DNA from: an uncultured Flavonifractor sp.
GTDB lineage: Bacteria; Bacillota; Clostridia; Oscillospirales; Oscillospiraceae
Reading direction: 5' to 3'
Assembly: GCA_944385585.1 (NCBI GenBank)
Contig: CALWXU010000002.1
Location: 3,927 to 67,926, forward strand
Length of the DNA stretch: 64,000 bases
In this document: piece by piece, positions 46,194 through 55,808 of the stretch
How the letters are laid out: each line of letters starts with the position of its first letter
Position numbering within the stretch: the first letter of the stretch is position 1
The notes under the pieces: model-generated
What the model was told of the DNA's origin: nothing
What the model saw: only the letters and a program-made list of their open reading frames with translations
Database searches by the model: none
Program-made: the position numbers and the translations under genes

Positions 46194-47288
46194 TTGAAGC
46201 GGTTTGCCGCCCTTTTGCTGGCGCTGTCCCTGCTGTGCCCCGCCGCCCGCGCGGCGGGGCCGTCCACGTCGGCCGCCTCCGCCATCCTGATCGACGGCGG
46301 GAGCGGCCGGGTGCTCTATGCCCAAAACGCCGACGAGCCGCGGCCCATCGCCAGCATCACCAAGCTGATGACCGCCCTGGTGACGGTGGAGCGCCATCCG
46401 GAGCTGTCCGACGTGGTCACCATCCGGCCGGAGTGGACGGGCATCGAGGGCTCCTCCATGTATCTGAGGGCGGGGGAGGAGCTCACCCTGGAGGCCCTGC
46501 TCTACGGCCTGCTGCTGGTGTCCGGCAACGACGCGGCCACGGCCATCGCCGGCTGCTGCGCCGGGGATGGGGAGACGTTTGCGTCCTGGATGAACGAGAA
46601 GGCCGCCCAGCTGGGGATGACGCGCACCCACTTCACCAACCCCAGCGGCCTGAGCGAGGAGGGACACTACTCCACCGCCGCCGACATGGCCCGTCTGGCC
46701 CGGGCGGTGCTGGCGCACGAGACCCTGGCCCGCATTGTCAGCACAAAGTCCATCTCGGTGGCGGGGCGCACCCTCACCAACCACAACAAGCTGCTGTGGC
46801 GGTATGAGGGCTGTACCGGCCTCAAGACCGGCTATACCGAGGCGGCGGGGCGCACCCTGGTGTCCAGCGCCCAGCGGGACGGACAGACCCTGATCGCCGT
46901 CACCCTCAATGACCGCAGCGACTGGGCCGACCACGCCGCCCTCTTTGACTACGGCTTTGCCTGCTACCCCAGCGCCATGCTGGCCCTGGCCGGGCGGGAG
47001 GTCTCCGCGGTGCCGGTGTCGGGGAGCCTGTGCCGCTTCCTTCCGGTGGAGACGGTCTCCGACGTGTCCTATCCCCTGGCCGCCGGGGAACGGGTGAAGG
47101 CGCAGATCGAGCTGCCCCGGGCGGTGGCGGCCCCCGTCCAGGCGGGGGAGACCGCCGGGAAGCTGGTGTTTACCCTGGATGGGGCGGTGATCGGGGAGAC
47201 GGAGCTGGTGTACAGCCGGTCCGCCCCCGACGACCGGGCCGGACCCGGGGCGCTGGGCCGGCTGCTGGACTGGTTCCGGGGCGGCTGA
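46194..47288 (+). CDS. dacB: D-alanyl-D-alanine carboxypeptidase (S11, DacB-like)
   Basis: Signal peptide; SITK, SGN, KTG motifs; adjacent to rluB. Confidence 0.88.
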   Translation: MKRFAALLLALSLLCPAARAAGPSTSAASAILIDGGSGRVLYAQNADEPRPIASITKLMTALVTVERHPELSDVVTIRPEWTGIEGSSMYLRAGEELTLEALLYGLLLVSGNDAATAIAGCCAGDGETFASWMNEKAAQLGMTRTHFTNPSGLSEEGHYSTAADMARLARAVLAHETLARIVSTKSISVAGRTLTNHNKLLWRYEGCTGLKTGYTEAAGRTLVSSAQRDGQTLIAVTLNDRSDWADHAALFDYGFACYPSAMLALAGREVSAVPVSGSLCRFLPVETVSDVSYPLAAGERVKAQIELPRAVAAPVQAGETAGKLVFTLDGAVIGETELVYSRSAPDDRAGPGALGRLLDWFRGG

Positions 47289-47328
47289 CGGACCCGGCCC
47301 CGCGGAGGAGAGAAAAGGAGGAGACGCC

Positions 47329-48021
47329 GTGGAGGAGCGGCTGCAAAAAATCCTGTCCGCCCGCGGCGTGGCCTCCCGCCGGGCGGCGGAGGGATACCTG
47401 TCCGCCGGGCGGGTGACGGTGAACGGCCGCACCGCCCGGGTGGGGGACAAGGCCGACCCGGAGCGGGACGAGATCCGGGTGGACGGGCGGCTCCTGGCAG
47501 AGCCGGCCCGCCGTACTTATGTGATGCTCAACAAGCCCCGGGGCTATGTCACCACCCTCTCCGACGAGCGGGGGCGGAAAACCGTGGCGGAGCTGGTAAC
47601 GGGCTGCGGGGCCCGGGTGTGGCCGGTGGGCCGGCTGGATCTGGATTCCGAGGGGCTGCTGATCCTCACCGACGACGGCGCGCTGACCCAGCGGCTCCTC
47701 CACCCCAGCCACGAGGTGGAGAAGGAGTACCGCGTCTGGGTGGCGGGGGACGTGCCCGCCGCCCTGCCGGTGCTGCGGGGGCCCATGGCGCTGGACGGGG
47801 TGCCCCTCCACCCGGCGGAGGTGAGGGAGGCGGGGCCTGGCGTGCTCTCGGTGGTGATCCACGAGGGGCGCAACCGGCAGGTGCGGCGGATGTGCGCCGC
47901 CGCCGGGCTGGAGGTGCGCCGCCTGAAGCGGGTGCGGGAGGGAGCGCTCCGCCTGGGTTCGCTGCCGCCGGGGAAGTGGCGCTTTCTGACGGATGCGGAG
48001 CTGCGAGGGCTGGGCCGCTGA
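47329..48021 (+). CDS. rluB: rRNA pseudouridine synthase (RluB/RsuA family)
   Basis: ERLQKIL S4 domain, NKPRG, VGRLDLDSEGL, EGRNRQVRRM. Confidence 0.92.
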   Translation: MEERLQKILSARGVASRRAAEGYLSAGRVTVNGRTARVGDKADPERDEIRVDGRLLAEPARRTYVMLNKPRGYVTTLSDERGRKTVAELVTGCGARVWPVGRLDLDSEGLLILTDDGALTQRLLHPSHEVEKEYRVWVAGDVPAALPVLRGPMALDGVPLHPAEVREAGPGVLSVVIHEGRNRQVRRMCAAAGLEVRRLKRVREGALRLGSLPPGKWRFLTDAELRGLGR

Positions 48022-48064
48022 GGGGCTGTTTTGCAAGGCGGAAGAAAAAACTTGCAGAAAAGGA

Positions 48065-48093
48065 TTGCTTTTCGCCGCCGAACCCGGTATGAT
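48065..48093 (+). promoter_or_regulatory. SigA promoter
   Basis: TTGCTT-N17-TATGAT. Confidence 0.6.
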
Positions 48094-48167
48094 AGAGAGG
48101 ATTGAGGCCTGTCTCCGGCCACCACTGTTTCCCGCCTGCGCGGGTAGGAATGCGGGGTTATCCAGAT

Positions 48168-49037
48168 ATGTCCAAGGATATTTTATCGGTCATCCAGTCC
48201 AATATGGCCACCTTTTCCAAGGGGCAGAAGCTCATCGCCAATTTTATTCTGGAGTCCTATGACAAGGCGGCCTTCATGACCGCCAGCCGCCTGGGCAGGA
48301 CGGTCCGGGTCAGCGAATCCACGGTGGTGCGCTTTGCCGCCGAGCTGGGGTATGACGGCTACCCCGCCATGCAGAAGGCCCTGCAGGAGATGATCCGCTC
48401 CAAGCTCACCTCCATCCAGCGCATCGAGGTGTCCAACGACCGCATCGGCAATCAGGACATCCTGTCCATGGTGATGCAGTCGGATGTGGAGAAGATCCGC
48501 CTCACCCTGGAGGAGACGGACCGGGACCACTTCGACCGGGCGGTGTCCGCCATTGTGGAGGCCCGGCACATCTATATCCTGGGGGTGCGCTCGGCGGCGG
48601 CATTGGCCAGCTTCCTGGGCTTCTATTTCAACCTGATTTTCGACCACGTGACCGTGGTCCACTCCACCTCCACCAGCGAGGTGTTCGAGCAGCTGCTGCG
48701 GGTGGGGCCGGAGGATGTGGTGATCGGCATCAGCTTCCCCCGCTACTCCCGCCGGACGGTGAAGGCCATGCAGTTTGCCAGCGACCGGGGGGCCGCCACC
48801 ATCGCCCTCACCGACAGCGAGACCTCCCCCCTGGCCCCCATATCCGCCCTGAAGCTGCTGGCCAAGAGCGACATGGCCTCCTTTGTGGACTCCCTGGTGG
48901 CTCCCCTGTCCCTGATCAATGCCCTGATCGTGGCCATCGGGCGCAGGAAAAACGACGACCTCTCCCAGACCTTTGAGACGCTGGAACAGATCTGGGACGA
49001 ATACGAGGTCTACGAGAAAGTGGAAGAGAGCCATTGA
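48168..49037 (+). CDS. MurR/RpiR family transcriptional regulator
   Basis: VSESTVVRFA HTH; SIS domain ISFPRYS, LTDSETSPL. Confidence 0.92.
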   Translation: MSKDILSVIQSNMATFSKGQKLIANFILESYDKAAFMTASRLGRTVRVSESTVVRFAAELGYDGYPAMQKALQEMIRSKLTSIQRIEVSNDRIGNQDILSMVMQSDVEKIRLTLEETDRDHFDRAVSAIVEARHIYILGVRSAAALASFLGFYFNLIFDHVTVVHSTSTSEVFEQLLRVGPEDVVIGISFPRYSRRTVKAMQFASDRGAATIALTDSETSPLAPISALKLLAKSDMASFVDSLVAPLSLINALIVAIGRRKNDDLSQTFETLEQIWDEYEVYEKVEESH

Positions 49038-50293
49038 CGCATGTGATTGTTATCGGCGGCGGCGCGGCCGGATGCATGGCCGCCCTGTCCGCCGCCCAGA
49101 AGGGCGCCTCCGTCACCCTGATGGAGCGCAACCAGAAGCTGGGGCGGAAGCTGTACATCACCGGCAAGGGCCGCTGCAACGTGACCAACGACAGCCCCGC
49201 GGCCGAGGTGCTGCAGAACATCCCCCACAACAGCCGGTTCCTCACCAGCGCCGTCACCCGCTTCCCGCCGGAGGCGGTGAAGGCGTTTTTTGAGGGCCTG
49301 GGCGTCCCGCTGAAGACGGAGCGGGGGAACCGGGTATTCCCCCAGTCGGACAGGGCCGCCGACATCATCGACGCCCTGCTGCGGGCCCTGCGGCGGGCGG
49401 GCGTATCCATCGTGCAGGACCGGGCCGAGGCGCTGCGGCGGGACGGGGGCGTCCTCCTGGGGGTGGAGGGGGAGCACGGCTTCTACCCCGGCGGGGCGGC
49501 GGTGGTGGCCACCGGAGGGATGTCCTATCCCCTCACCGGCTCCACCGGCGACGGCTACGAGCTCGCCCGGGCCCTGGGTCACACGGTCATCCCGCCCAAG
49601 CCCTCCCTGGTGCCCCTGGTGGCGGAACAGGGCTTCTGCGCCCAGATGCAGGGGCTCTCCCTGCGCAATGTGGCCATCCAGGTACGAAACGGGAAGAAAA
49701 AGACGGTCTACTCCGGACAGGGGGAGCTGCTGTTCACCCACTTCGGCCTGTCCGGGCCGCTGATCCTCAGCGCCAGCGCCCACATGCGGGACTTTGAGAG
49801 GGAGCACTACTTCATCAGCCTGGACCTCAAGCCCGCGCTGGACGAGGAAAAGCTGGACAGGCGGCTCCTGCGGGAGCTGGAGGAGAACGCCAACCGGGAC
49901 TTCCACAACGTGCTGGAGGGGCTGGCGCCCCGGCTGATGGTGCCGGTGCTGGTGGAGCTCACCGGCATCCCGGCGGAGGAGAAGGCCCACTCGGTGACCC
50001 GGGCCCAGCGCCGGCGGCTGCTGGAGACCCTCAAGTGCCTGCGGGTGGACATCCGGGGCCCCCGGCCGGTGGAGGAGGCCATCGTCACCTCCGGCGGGGT
50101 GAAGGTGTCTGAGATCAACCCCTCCACCATGGAGTCCAAGCTGGCCCCCGGCGTGTACTTTGCCGGGGAGGTGCTGGACGCGGACGCCTACACCGGCGGC
50201 TTCAACCTCCAGATCGCCTGGTCCACCGGCCGGGCGGCGGGGGAGGCGGCCGCCCTGTTCTGCACTGAACACCGAGGAGGAATGGAACCATGA
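49034..50293 (+). CDS. BaiN/HI0933-family flavoprotein
   Basis: IGGGAAG, TGKGRCNVTN, GSTGDG, THFGLSGP, TGGFNLQ. Confidence 0.92.
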   Translation: MTHVIVIGGGAAGCMAALSAAQKGASVTLMERNQKLGRKLYITGKGRCNVTNDSPAAEVLQNIPHNSRFLTSAVTRFPPEAVKAFFEGLGVPLKTERGNRVFPQSDRAADIIDALLRALRRAGVSIVQDRAEALRRDGGVLLGVEGEHGFYPGGAAVVATGGMSYPLTGSTGDGYELARALGHTVIPPKPSLVPLVAEQGFCAQMQGLSLRNVAIQVRNGKKKTVYSGQGELLFTHFGLSGPLILSASAHMRDFEREHYFISLDLKPALDEEKLDRRLLRELEENANRDFHNVLEGLAPRLMVPVLVELTGIPAEEKAHSVTRAQRRRLLETLKCLRVDIRGPRPVEEAIVTSGGVKVSEINPSTMESKLAPGVYFAGEVLDADAYTGGFNLQIAWSTGRAAGEAAALFCTEHRGGMEP

Positions 50294-50970
50294 CACAGCA
50301 CAAAAGCATCGCCGTGGACGGCCCCTCCGGGGCGGGCAAGTCCACACTGGCCAAGCTGCTGGCCCGTGAGCTGGGCTTTCTATATGTGGATACCGGGGCC
50401 ATCTACCGCACCGTGGGCCTGAAGGCGTACCGGGAGGGGATCGACCCGGAGGACGGGGCGGCGGTAACCGCCCTGCTGCCCGGCCTGGACATCGACATGA
50501 AGTATGGCGGGGACGGCCTGCAGCATATGTATCTGGACGGGGAGGACGTGACCGATTCCATCCGGCAGCACGCCATCTCCCGCTATGCCTCCTGCGTCTC
50601 CGCCATCCCGGCGGTGCGGGCGTTTCTCCTGGACCGGCAGCGGGCGCTGGCCAGGGAGAACGACGTGATCATGGACGGCCGGGACATCGGCACGGTGGTG
50701 CTGCCCCAGGCCGACGTGAAGATCTTCCTCACCGCCGCCCCGGAGGACCGGGCCCGCCGGCGGTACGAGGAGCTGCGGCAGCGGGGACAGGAGGCCGACT
50801 ACGCGTCTGTGCTGCGGGACATTCTCCAGCGGGATGAGCAGGACACCAGCCGCGCCGCGGCCCCGCTGCGGCAGGCGGAGGACGCCCTGCTGGTGGACAC
50901 CACCGGCAACTCGCTGGAGAAGAGCCTGGGCGTCCTGCTGGATACCATAAAGGAGCGGCTGCGGGCATGA
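50290..50970 (+). CDS. cmk: Cytidylate kinase
   Basis: DGPSGAGKST, DTGAIYR, MDGRDIGTVV. Confidence 0.96.
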   Translation: MTQHKSIAVDGPSGAGKSTLAKLLARELGFLYVDTGAIYRTVGLKAYREGIDPEDGAAVTALLPGLDIDMKYGGDGLQHMYLDGEDVTDSIRQHAISRYASCVSAIPAVRAFLLDRQRALARENDVIMDGRDIGTVVLPQADVKIFLTAAPEDRARRRYEELRQRGQEADYASVLRDILQRDEQDTSRAAAPLRQAEDALLVDTTGNSLEKSLGVLLDTIKERLRA

Positions 50971-51581
50971 ACAAGCCAAAGAAAAATATCGTCTACTGTA
51001 TCGCCTACATCGTGCTCTGGGTGGTGTTCCGCATCGTCATGCCGACCCGGTGCATCAACAGGCAGAACCGCCCCGAGGGGGGCGCCCTCCTGTGCGCCAA
51101 CCACACCCGCACCAACGACCCGCTGTTCATCGCCTATGCCCTGGGGTGGCGCTACCAGATCCATGTGATGGCCAAGGAGGAGGTCATGCACTGGCCCTTC
51201 ATCGGCTGGGTGCTCCGCCATGGCGGCATCTTCGGCGTCAAGCGGGGCAAGGCCGACGTGGCGGCCATCAAGACCTCCATGAAATACCTCAAAAACGGGG
51301 AGCTGCTGCTCATGTTCCCCCAGGGCACCCGTCACCAGGATGGGGATTTCCAGGACGCCAAGACCGGCGCGGCCATGCTGGCCCTGCGCACCGGCGTGCC
51401 CATCATCCCCATCTACCTGCCGGCGGAAAAAAGGTTCTTCCGCTGGAATCCCGTGGTGTTCGGCGAGGCATACTATCCAAAGGTTCCGGAGGGCCGCAAG
51501 CCCACCCAGGAGGACTACCATGCGGTGGCGGCCGACCTGATGGAGCGCATCGAGGCGCTGAAGCCTCAGGCCGGCCGATGA
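50967..51581 (+). CDS. plsC: 1-acyl-sn-glycerol-3-phosphate acyltransferase
   Basis: NHTRTND (HX4D), MAKEE, FPQGTR. Confidence 0.9.
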   Translation: MNKPKKNIVYCIAYIVLWVVFRIVMPTRCINRQNRPEGGALLCANHTRTNDPLFIAYALGWRYQIHVMAKEEVMHWPFIGWVLRHGGIFGVKRGKADVAAIKTSMKYLKNGELLLMFPQGTRHQDGDFQDAKTGAAMLALRTGVPIIPIYLPAEKRFFRWNPVVFGEAYYPKVPEGRKPTQEDYHAVAADLMERIEALKPQAGR

Positions 51582-53530
51582 GGGTGGAGCTGGCCAAATC
51601 CGCCGGGTTCTGCTATGGGGTCCGCCGGGCGGTGCAGCTGGCGGAGGCGGCGGCGGAGCGGGGAGAGCCCTGCGTCATGCTGGGGCCGGTCATCCACAAC
51701 CGGGATGAGATCGCCCGGCTGAAGGCCATGGGCGTGGGGCTGGCGGAATCCATAGAGGAGATTCCGGAGGGCTGCGCCGTGCTCATCCGCTCCCACGGGG
51801 AGGGGCGGGCCGTCCACGAGGCCCTGGCCGCCAGGGGCTGCCCGGTGGTGGACGCCACCTGCCCCAACGTGTCCCGCATCCACCGCATCGTTTCCCAGGC
51901 GGAGGAGGAGGGACGGCAGGTGCTCATCATCGGCACCCCCACCCATCCTGAGGTGGCCGCCATCGCCGGATGGTGCGCCAGACCGGTGGTGCTGGAGGGG
52001 GCCCAGGCCCTGTCCGCCTGGCTGGACGGGGCGCCGGAGCGGCGGGAAATCCCCCTCACCATGGTGTCCCAGACCACCTCTACCAGGCTGATTTGGGATT
52101 CCTGCGTAGAAAAAGCAAAAAAAGAGTGTACAAACTTAAAAATTTTTGATACAATATGTAATGCTACGTGCAAACGGCAGTCTGAGGCCCAGGAGCTGGC
52201 CGCCCGTTCCGATGCTGTGGTCGTCATCGGCGGGCGGGAGAGCTCCAACACCAAACGGCTGGCGGAGCTGTGCGGGGCGCTCTGTCCCATGGTTGTTTGG
52301 ATCGAACGGGCGGCGGAGCTGGAACCTTCCAACCTGTGTCGGAAGGCTTCTATTGGAATCACTGCGGGCGCGTCCACGCCTGAGTGGATTATAAAGGAGG
52401 TCTGTGACAAAATGAGCGACGAAAACATTGAGATCGAAGAATCCTTTGCTGAAATGCTGGAGAAGTCGATCAAAACTTTGAATACAGGGGAGAAGGTTAC
52501 AGGCGTTGTCACTGGGATTACGCCCACTGAGATCTATGTGGATCTTGGCACCAAGCACGCCGGTTACATACCGGTGTCCGAACTGACCGACGACCCTGCG
52601 GCCAAGGTGGAGGACCTGGTAAAGATCGGCGACGAGATCGAGACCTATGTCATGCGCGTAAACGACCAGGAGGGTGTGGTCACCCTCTCCAAGAAGCGCC
52701 TTGACACTGTCAAGAGCTGGGATGATATTGAGCAGGCCAAGGAGGAGCGCACCACGGTTGAGGGTGTGGTCACCGAGGAGAACAAGGGCGGCGTAGTGGT
52801 CAGCATCAAGGGCGTGCGCGTCTTTGTGCCCGCCTCCCAGACCGGCCTGCCCCGGGACACCCCCATGACCCAGCTGGTCAAGCAGAAGGTGCGCCTGCGC
52901 ATCACCGAGGTCAACCGCGCCCGCCGGCGCGTGGTGGGCTCCATCCGTGCCGTGGAGGCCGAGGAGCGCGCCGCCAAGGCCGCCCAGGTGTGGGAAGGCA
53001 TCGAGGAGGGCAAGCGCTACACCGGCACCGTCAAGAGCCTGACCTCTTACGGCGCCTTCGTGGACATCGGCGGCGTGGACGGCATGGTCCACATCTCCGA
53101 GCTGTCCTGGTCCCGCATCAAGCACCCCTCTGAGGTGGTGAGCGTGGGCGACACCGTGGAGGTGTACGTGATCTCCTTTGACAAGGAGAAGAAGAAGATC
53201 TCCCTGGGCATGAAGGACCGCTCTCAGAAGCCCTGGGAAGTCTTTACCGGCAAGTACAACGTGGGCGATGTGGCCAATGTGCGCATCGTCAAGCTGATGA
53301 CCTTCGGCGCCTTCGCCGAGATCGTCCCCGGCGTGGACGGCCTGATCCACATCTCCCAGATCGCGGATCACCGCATCGACAAGCCCGGCGACGTGCTCAG
53401 CGAGGGCCAGATGGTGGATGTGAAGATCATCGACATCGACTACGAGCACGAGAAGGTCTCCCTGTCCATCCGCGCGCTCCTGGAGGAGCCCGAGGCTGAG
53501 GACGAGGAGGACGTCAACAACGAGGAGTAA
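51578..53530 (+). CDS. ispH: IspH fused to ribosomal protein S1 repeats
   Basis: AGFCYGV, IHN, SHG, DATCP, QTT, DTIC, SSN, TAGASTP; then four S1 domains (YGAFVD, HISELSW, FGAFAE). Confidence 0.95.
   Translation: MRVELAKSAGFCYGVRRAVQLAEAAAERGEPCVMLGPVIHNRDEIARLKAMGVGLAESIEEIPEGCAVLIRSHGEGRAVHEALAARGCPVVDATCPNVSRIHRIVSQAEEEGRQVLIIGTPTHPEVAAIAGWCARPVVLEGAQALSAWLDGAPERREIPLTMVSQTTSTRLIWDSCVEKAKKECTNLKIFDTICNATCKRQSEAQELAARSDAVVVIGGRESSNTKRLAELCGALCPMVVWIERAAELEPSNLCRKASIGITAGASTPEWIIKEVCDKMSDENIEIEESFAEMLEKSIKTLNTGEKVTGVVTGITPTEIYVDLGTKHAGYIPVSELTDDPAAKVEDLVKIGDEIETYVMRVNDQEGVVTLSKKRLDTVKSWDDIEQAKEERTTVEGVVTEENKGGVVVSIKGVRVFVPASQTGLPRDTPMTQLVKQKVRLRITEVNRARRRVVGSIRAVEAEERAAKAAQVWEGIEEGKRYTGTVKSLTSYGAFVDIGGVDGMVHISELSWSRIKHPSEVVSVGDTVEVYVISFDKEKKKISLGMKDRSQKPWEVFTGKYNVGDVANVRIVKLMTFGAFAEIVPGVDGLIHISQIADHRIDKPGDVLSEGQMVDVKIIDIDYEHEKVSLSIRALLEEPEAEDEEDVNNEE
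52108..52155 (+). promoter_or_regulatory. Internal SigA promoter within ispH, upstream of the S1 moiety
   Basis: A-tract UP element, then TGTACA-N17-TACAAT with extended TG; AAAGGAGG and in-frame ATG at 52412. Confidence 0.6.
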
Positions 53531-53544
53531 TCACTCCGCCCCTC

Positions 53545-53583
53545 AAACAGCGCCATTTCTGTCAGAAATGGCGCTGTTTTTTT
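53545..53583 (+). terminator. Intrinsic terminator
   Basis: AAACAGCGCCATTTCT/AGAAATGGCGCTGTTT followed by a T run. Confidence 0.9.
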
Positions 53584-53613
53584 CTATTTTACAAAAAAGA
53601 AACGGAAAACAGC

Positions 53614-53642
53614 TTGCAAAGGGGGAAACATGCGTCTATAAT
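53614..53642 (+). promoter_or_regulatory. SigA promoter for carD
   Basis: TTGCAA-N17-TATAAT. Confidence 0.75.
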
Positions 53643-53703
53643 ACATGATATAGGGCAAAACTGGAAGTATACGAAACGGAATGTTCTGCTGGGAGGTGGG
53701 AAC

Positions 53704-54183
53704 GTGTTTCAGGTGGGAGACAAGATTGTTCATCCGATGCATGGTGCCGGTGTGGTTGACAGCATTGTGCAGAAGAAGGTCAACGGCGTGGTGCGGGATT
53801 ACTATATCCTCAAGCTGCCGGTGGGCGGCATGCTGGTAATGATCCCCACGGCCAACAGCGAGGAGATCGGTGTGCGCCCGGTGGTCAAGGGCGAGGAGGC
53901 GGACCAGGTGATCGCCGCCATCCCGGGGATTCAGGTGGATGTGGTCCCCAACTGGAACCGGCGCTACCGGGAGAACATGCTCCGCCTGAAAAGCGGCAAC
54001 CTGCTGGAGGTGGCCCGGGTGGTCAAGGGCCTGATGCTCCGGGAAGGGGAGCGGGGCCTGTCCACCGGGGAGCGGAAGATGCTCCACTCCGCCAAGCAGA
54101 TTTTGATCTCGGAGATCGTCCTCTCCCAGGATGCCAGCTATGCCGAGGTAGAGGCGCGCATAAATACCGCCCTGGCCCAATAG
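53704..54183 (+). CDS. carD: CarD/CdnL family transcription factor
   Basis: FQVGDKIVHPMHGAG, NWNRRYREN, LSTGERKML. Confidence 0.93.
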   Translation: MFQVGDKIVHPMHGAGVVDSIVQKKVNGVVRDYYILKLPVGGMLVMIPTANSEEIGVRPVVKGEEADQVIAAIPGIQVDVVPNWNRRYRENMLRLKSGNLLEVARVVKGLMLREGERGLSTGERKMLHSAKQILISEIVLSQDASYAEVEARINTALAQ

Positions 54184-54247
54184 AGTTCTGAGGGGCGGTC
54201 CATCCGGACCGCCCGGCTGGGCGGCCTGCAGGCAGACAAGACTTGAG

Positions 54248-54269
54248 GGAGCCTTCGGGGCTCCTTTTT
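54248..54269 (+). terminator. Terminator between carD and ispD
   Basis: GGAGCC...GGCTCC stem followed by T5. Confidence 0.7.
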
Positions 54270-54282
54270 CATGGAGGGGGAG

Positions 54283-55020
54283 ATGGACATGGCAGGACTG
54301 CTGGGGCGGCTGTTTCACCGGCAGCGGGCGCCGGAGCTGCGCTGCTCCGCCGTGGTGCCGGCGGCGGGGAGCTCTACCCGGATGGGCCAGGACAAGCTGC
54401 TCCTCCCGCTGGGGGAGCAGCCGGTGCTCCTGCACACCCTGCGGGCCCTGGAGCTGTGCCCCTATATCGCGGAGATCATCGTGGTCACCCGGGGGGATCT
54501 GGTGGTGCCCATCGGACAGATGTGCCGGGACGCCGCCCTGGAAAAGGTGCGCAAGGTGGTCGTGGGCGGGGAGACCCGGAGCCATTCGGTGCTGGCCGGC
54601 CTGGGGGAGCTCTCCCCGGACGCGGAGCTGGCGGCCATCCACGACGGGGCCAGGCCCCTGGTGAGCCAGGCGCTGCTGGAGGCGGTGATCCGCCGGGCCT
54701 CGGAGTGCGGGGCGGCGGCCCCGGCGGTGCCCCTGAAGGACACGGTGAAGCGGGCCAGGGACGGGCTGGTGACGGCCACTCTGGACCGCTCCCAGCTGTT
54801 CGCGGTGCAGACCCCCCAGGTGTTCCAGGTGGATCTGATCAAGGCCGCCCTGGCAAAGGCGCTGGAGGACGGGGAGAGCCTCACCGACGACTGCGCCGCG
54901 GTGGAGCGGCTGGGCGTGGGCGTGGCCCTGACCGAGGGGGACTACTGCAATCTGAAGCTGACCACGCCGGAGGATCTGGCGGTGGCGGAGGCGCTTCTGG
55001 CCTGGAGGGAAGAACAGTGA
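54283..55020 (+). CDS. ispD: MEP cytidylyltransferase
   Basis: [34 protein letters not shown]. Confidence 0.95.
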   Translation: MDMAGLLGRLFHRQRAPELRCSAVVPAAGSSTRMGQDKLLLPLGEQPVLLHTLRALELCPYIAEIIVVTRGDLVVPIGQMCRDAALEKVRKVVVGGETRSHSVLAGLGELSPDAELAAIHDGARPLVSQALLEAVIRRASECGAAAPAVPLKDTVKRARDGLVTATLDRSQLFAVQTPQVFQVDLIKAALAKALEDGESLTDDCAAVERLGVGVALTEGDYCNLKLTTPEDLAVAEALLAWREEQ

Positions 55021-55493
55021 GAATCGGACACGGCTACGACGTACATAGATTGGTGGAGGGCCGCAGGCTGGTTTTGGGCGGGGTGGAGATCCCCTATGAG
55101 AAGGGCCTGCTGGGCCACTCCGACGCGGACGTGCTCACCCACGCGGTGATGGACGCCCTGCTGGGGGCCTGCGCCCTGGGGGACATCGGCCACCTGTTCC
55201 CGGACAGCGACCCGGCCTATGCGGGGGCGGACAGCCTCCGCCTGCTGGACCAGGTGGCGGACAGGCTCCATGCCCAGGGCTTCCGGGTGGGCAACGTGGA
55301 CGCCACGGTGCTGGCCCAGGCCCCCAGGCTGGCCCCCTACCTGCCCGAGATCCGGGAGAATCTGGCCGGGCGGCTGCGGGTGCCTCTGTCCGCCGTCAGC
55401 GTGAAGGCCACCACCGAGGAGGGGCTGGGCTTCACGGGGGCCGGCGAGGGCATCGCCGCCCACGCCGTCTGCCTGGTGGAGGAGGACAGGTGA
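55017..55493 (+). CDS. ispF: MECDP synthase
   Basis: [33 protein letters not shown]; GTG start. Confidence 0.96.
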   Translation: MRIGHGYDVHRLVEGRRLVLGGVEIPYEKGLLGHSDADVLTHAVMDALLGACALGDIGHLFPDSDPAYAGADSLRLLDQVADRLHAQGFRVGNVDATVLAQAPRLAPYLPEIRENLAGRLRVPLSAVSVKATTEEGLGFTGAGEGIAAHAVCLVEEDR

Positions 55494-55510
55494 ATCTAAG
55501 CTGAACCGGG

Positions 55511-55550
55511 CGCTCCTCTCGCGCATACACTGGCGCGAGAGGAGCGTTTT
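55511..55550 (+). terminator. Terminator hairpin covering the next RBS
   Basis: 14-bp perfect stem CGCTCCTCTCGCGC/GCGCGAGAGGAGCG followed by TTTT. Confidence 0.75.
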
Positions 55551-55553
55551 GCT

Positions 55554-55808
55554 ATGGTCTACTATCTTATCGTGTGCCGGTCCCTGACCTATGCCCAGCG
55601 GACCGCGTCCGCCCTGGAGCGGGCGGGCATCACGGCCCGCGTCCTCCGCTCGCCCAAGGTCATCGCCGGGGAGGGGTGCAGCCACTCCGTCCGGGTGGCG
55701 GAGCGCAGCCTGGCCCGCGCCCTGCTGGTGCTGGAGCGGGTGGGGCTCTCCCCCAAACGGATCTATATCGTCTCCGGCGGCGGGGACTACCAAGAGGTGC
55801 GGCTATGA
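55554..55808 (+). CDS. DUF3343-like small protein
   Basis: RSLTYAQR...P..I..GC pattern; coupled to the cysteine desulfurase. Confidence 0.75.
   Translation: MVYYLIVCRSLTYAQRTASALERAGITARVLRSPKVIAGEGCSHSVRVAERSLARALLVLERVGLSPKRIYIVSGGGDYQEVRL

Noticed and set aside
51050-51577. N-terminal extension of IspH (826-aa ORF)
   Set aside because: It overlaps plsC in another frame; the real start is ATG 51578
54243-55493. IspD-IspF fusion suggested by the 416-aa ORF
   Set aside because: ispD and ispF are in different frames with a GTGA overlap; the upstream part of that ORF is not IspD
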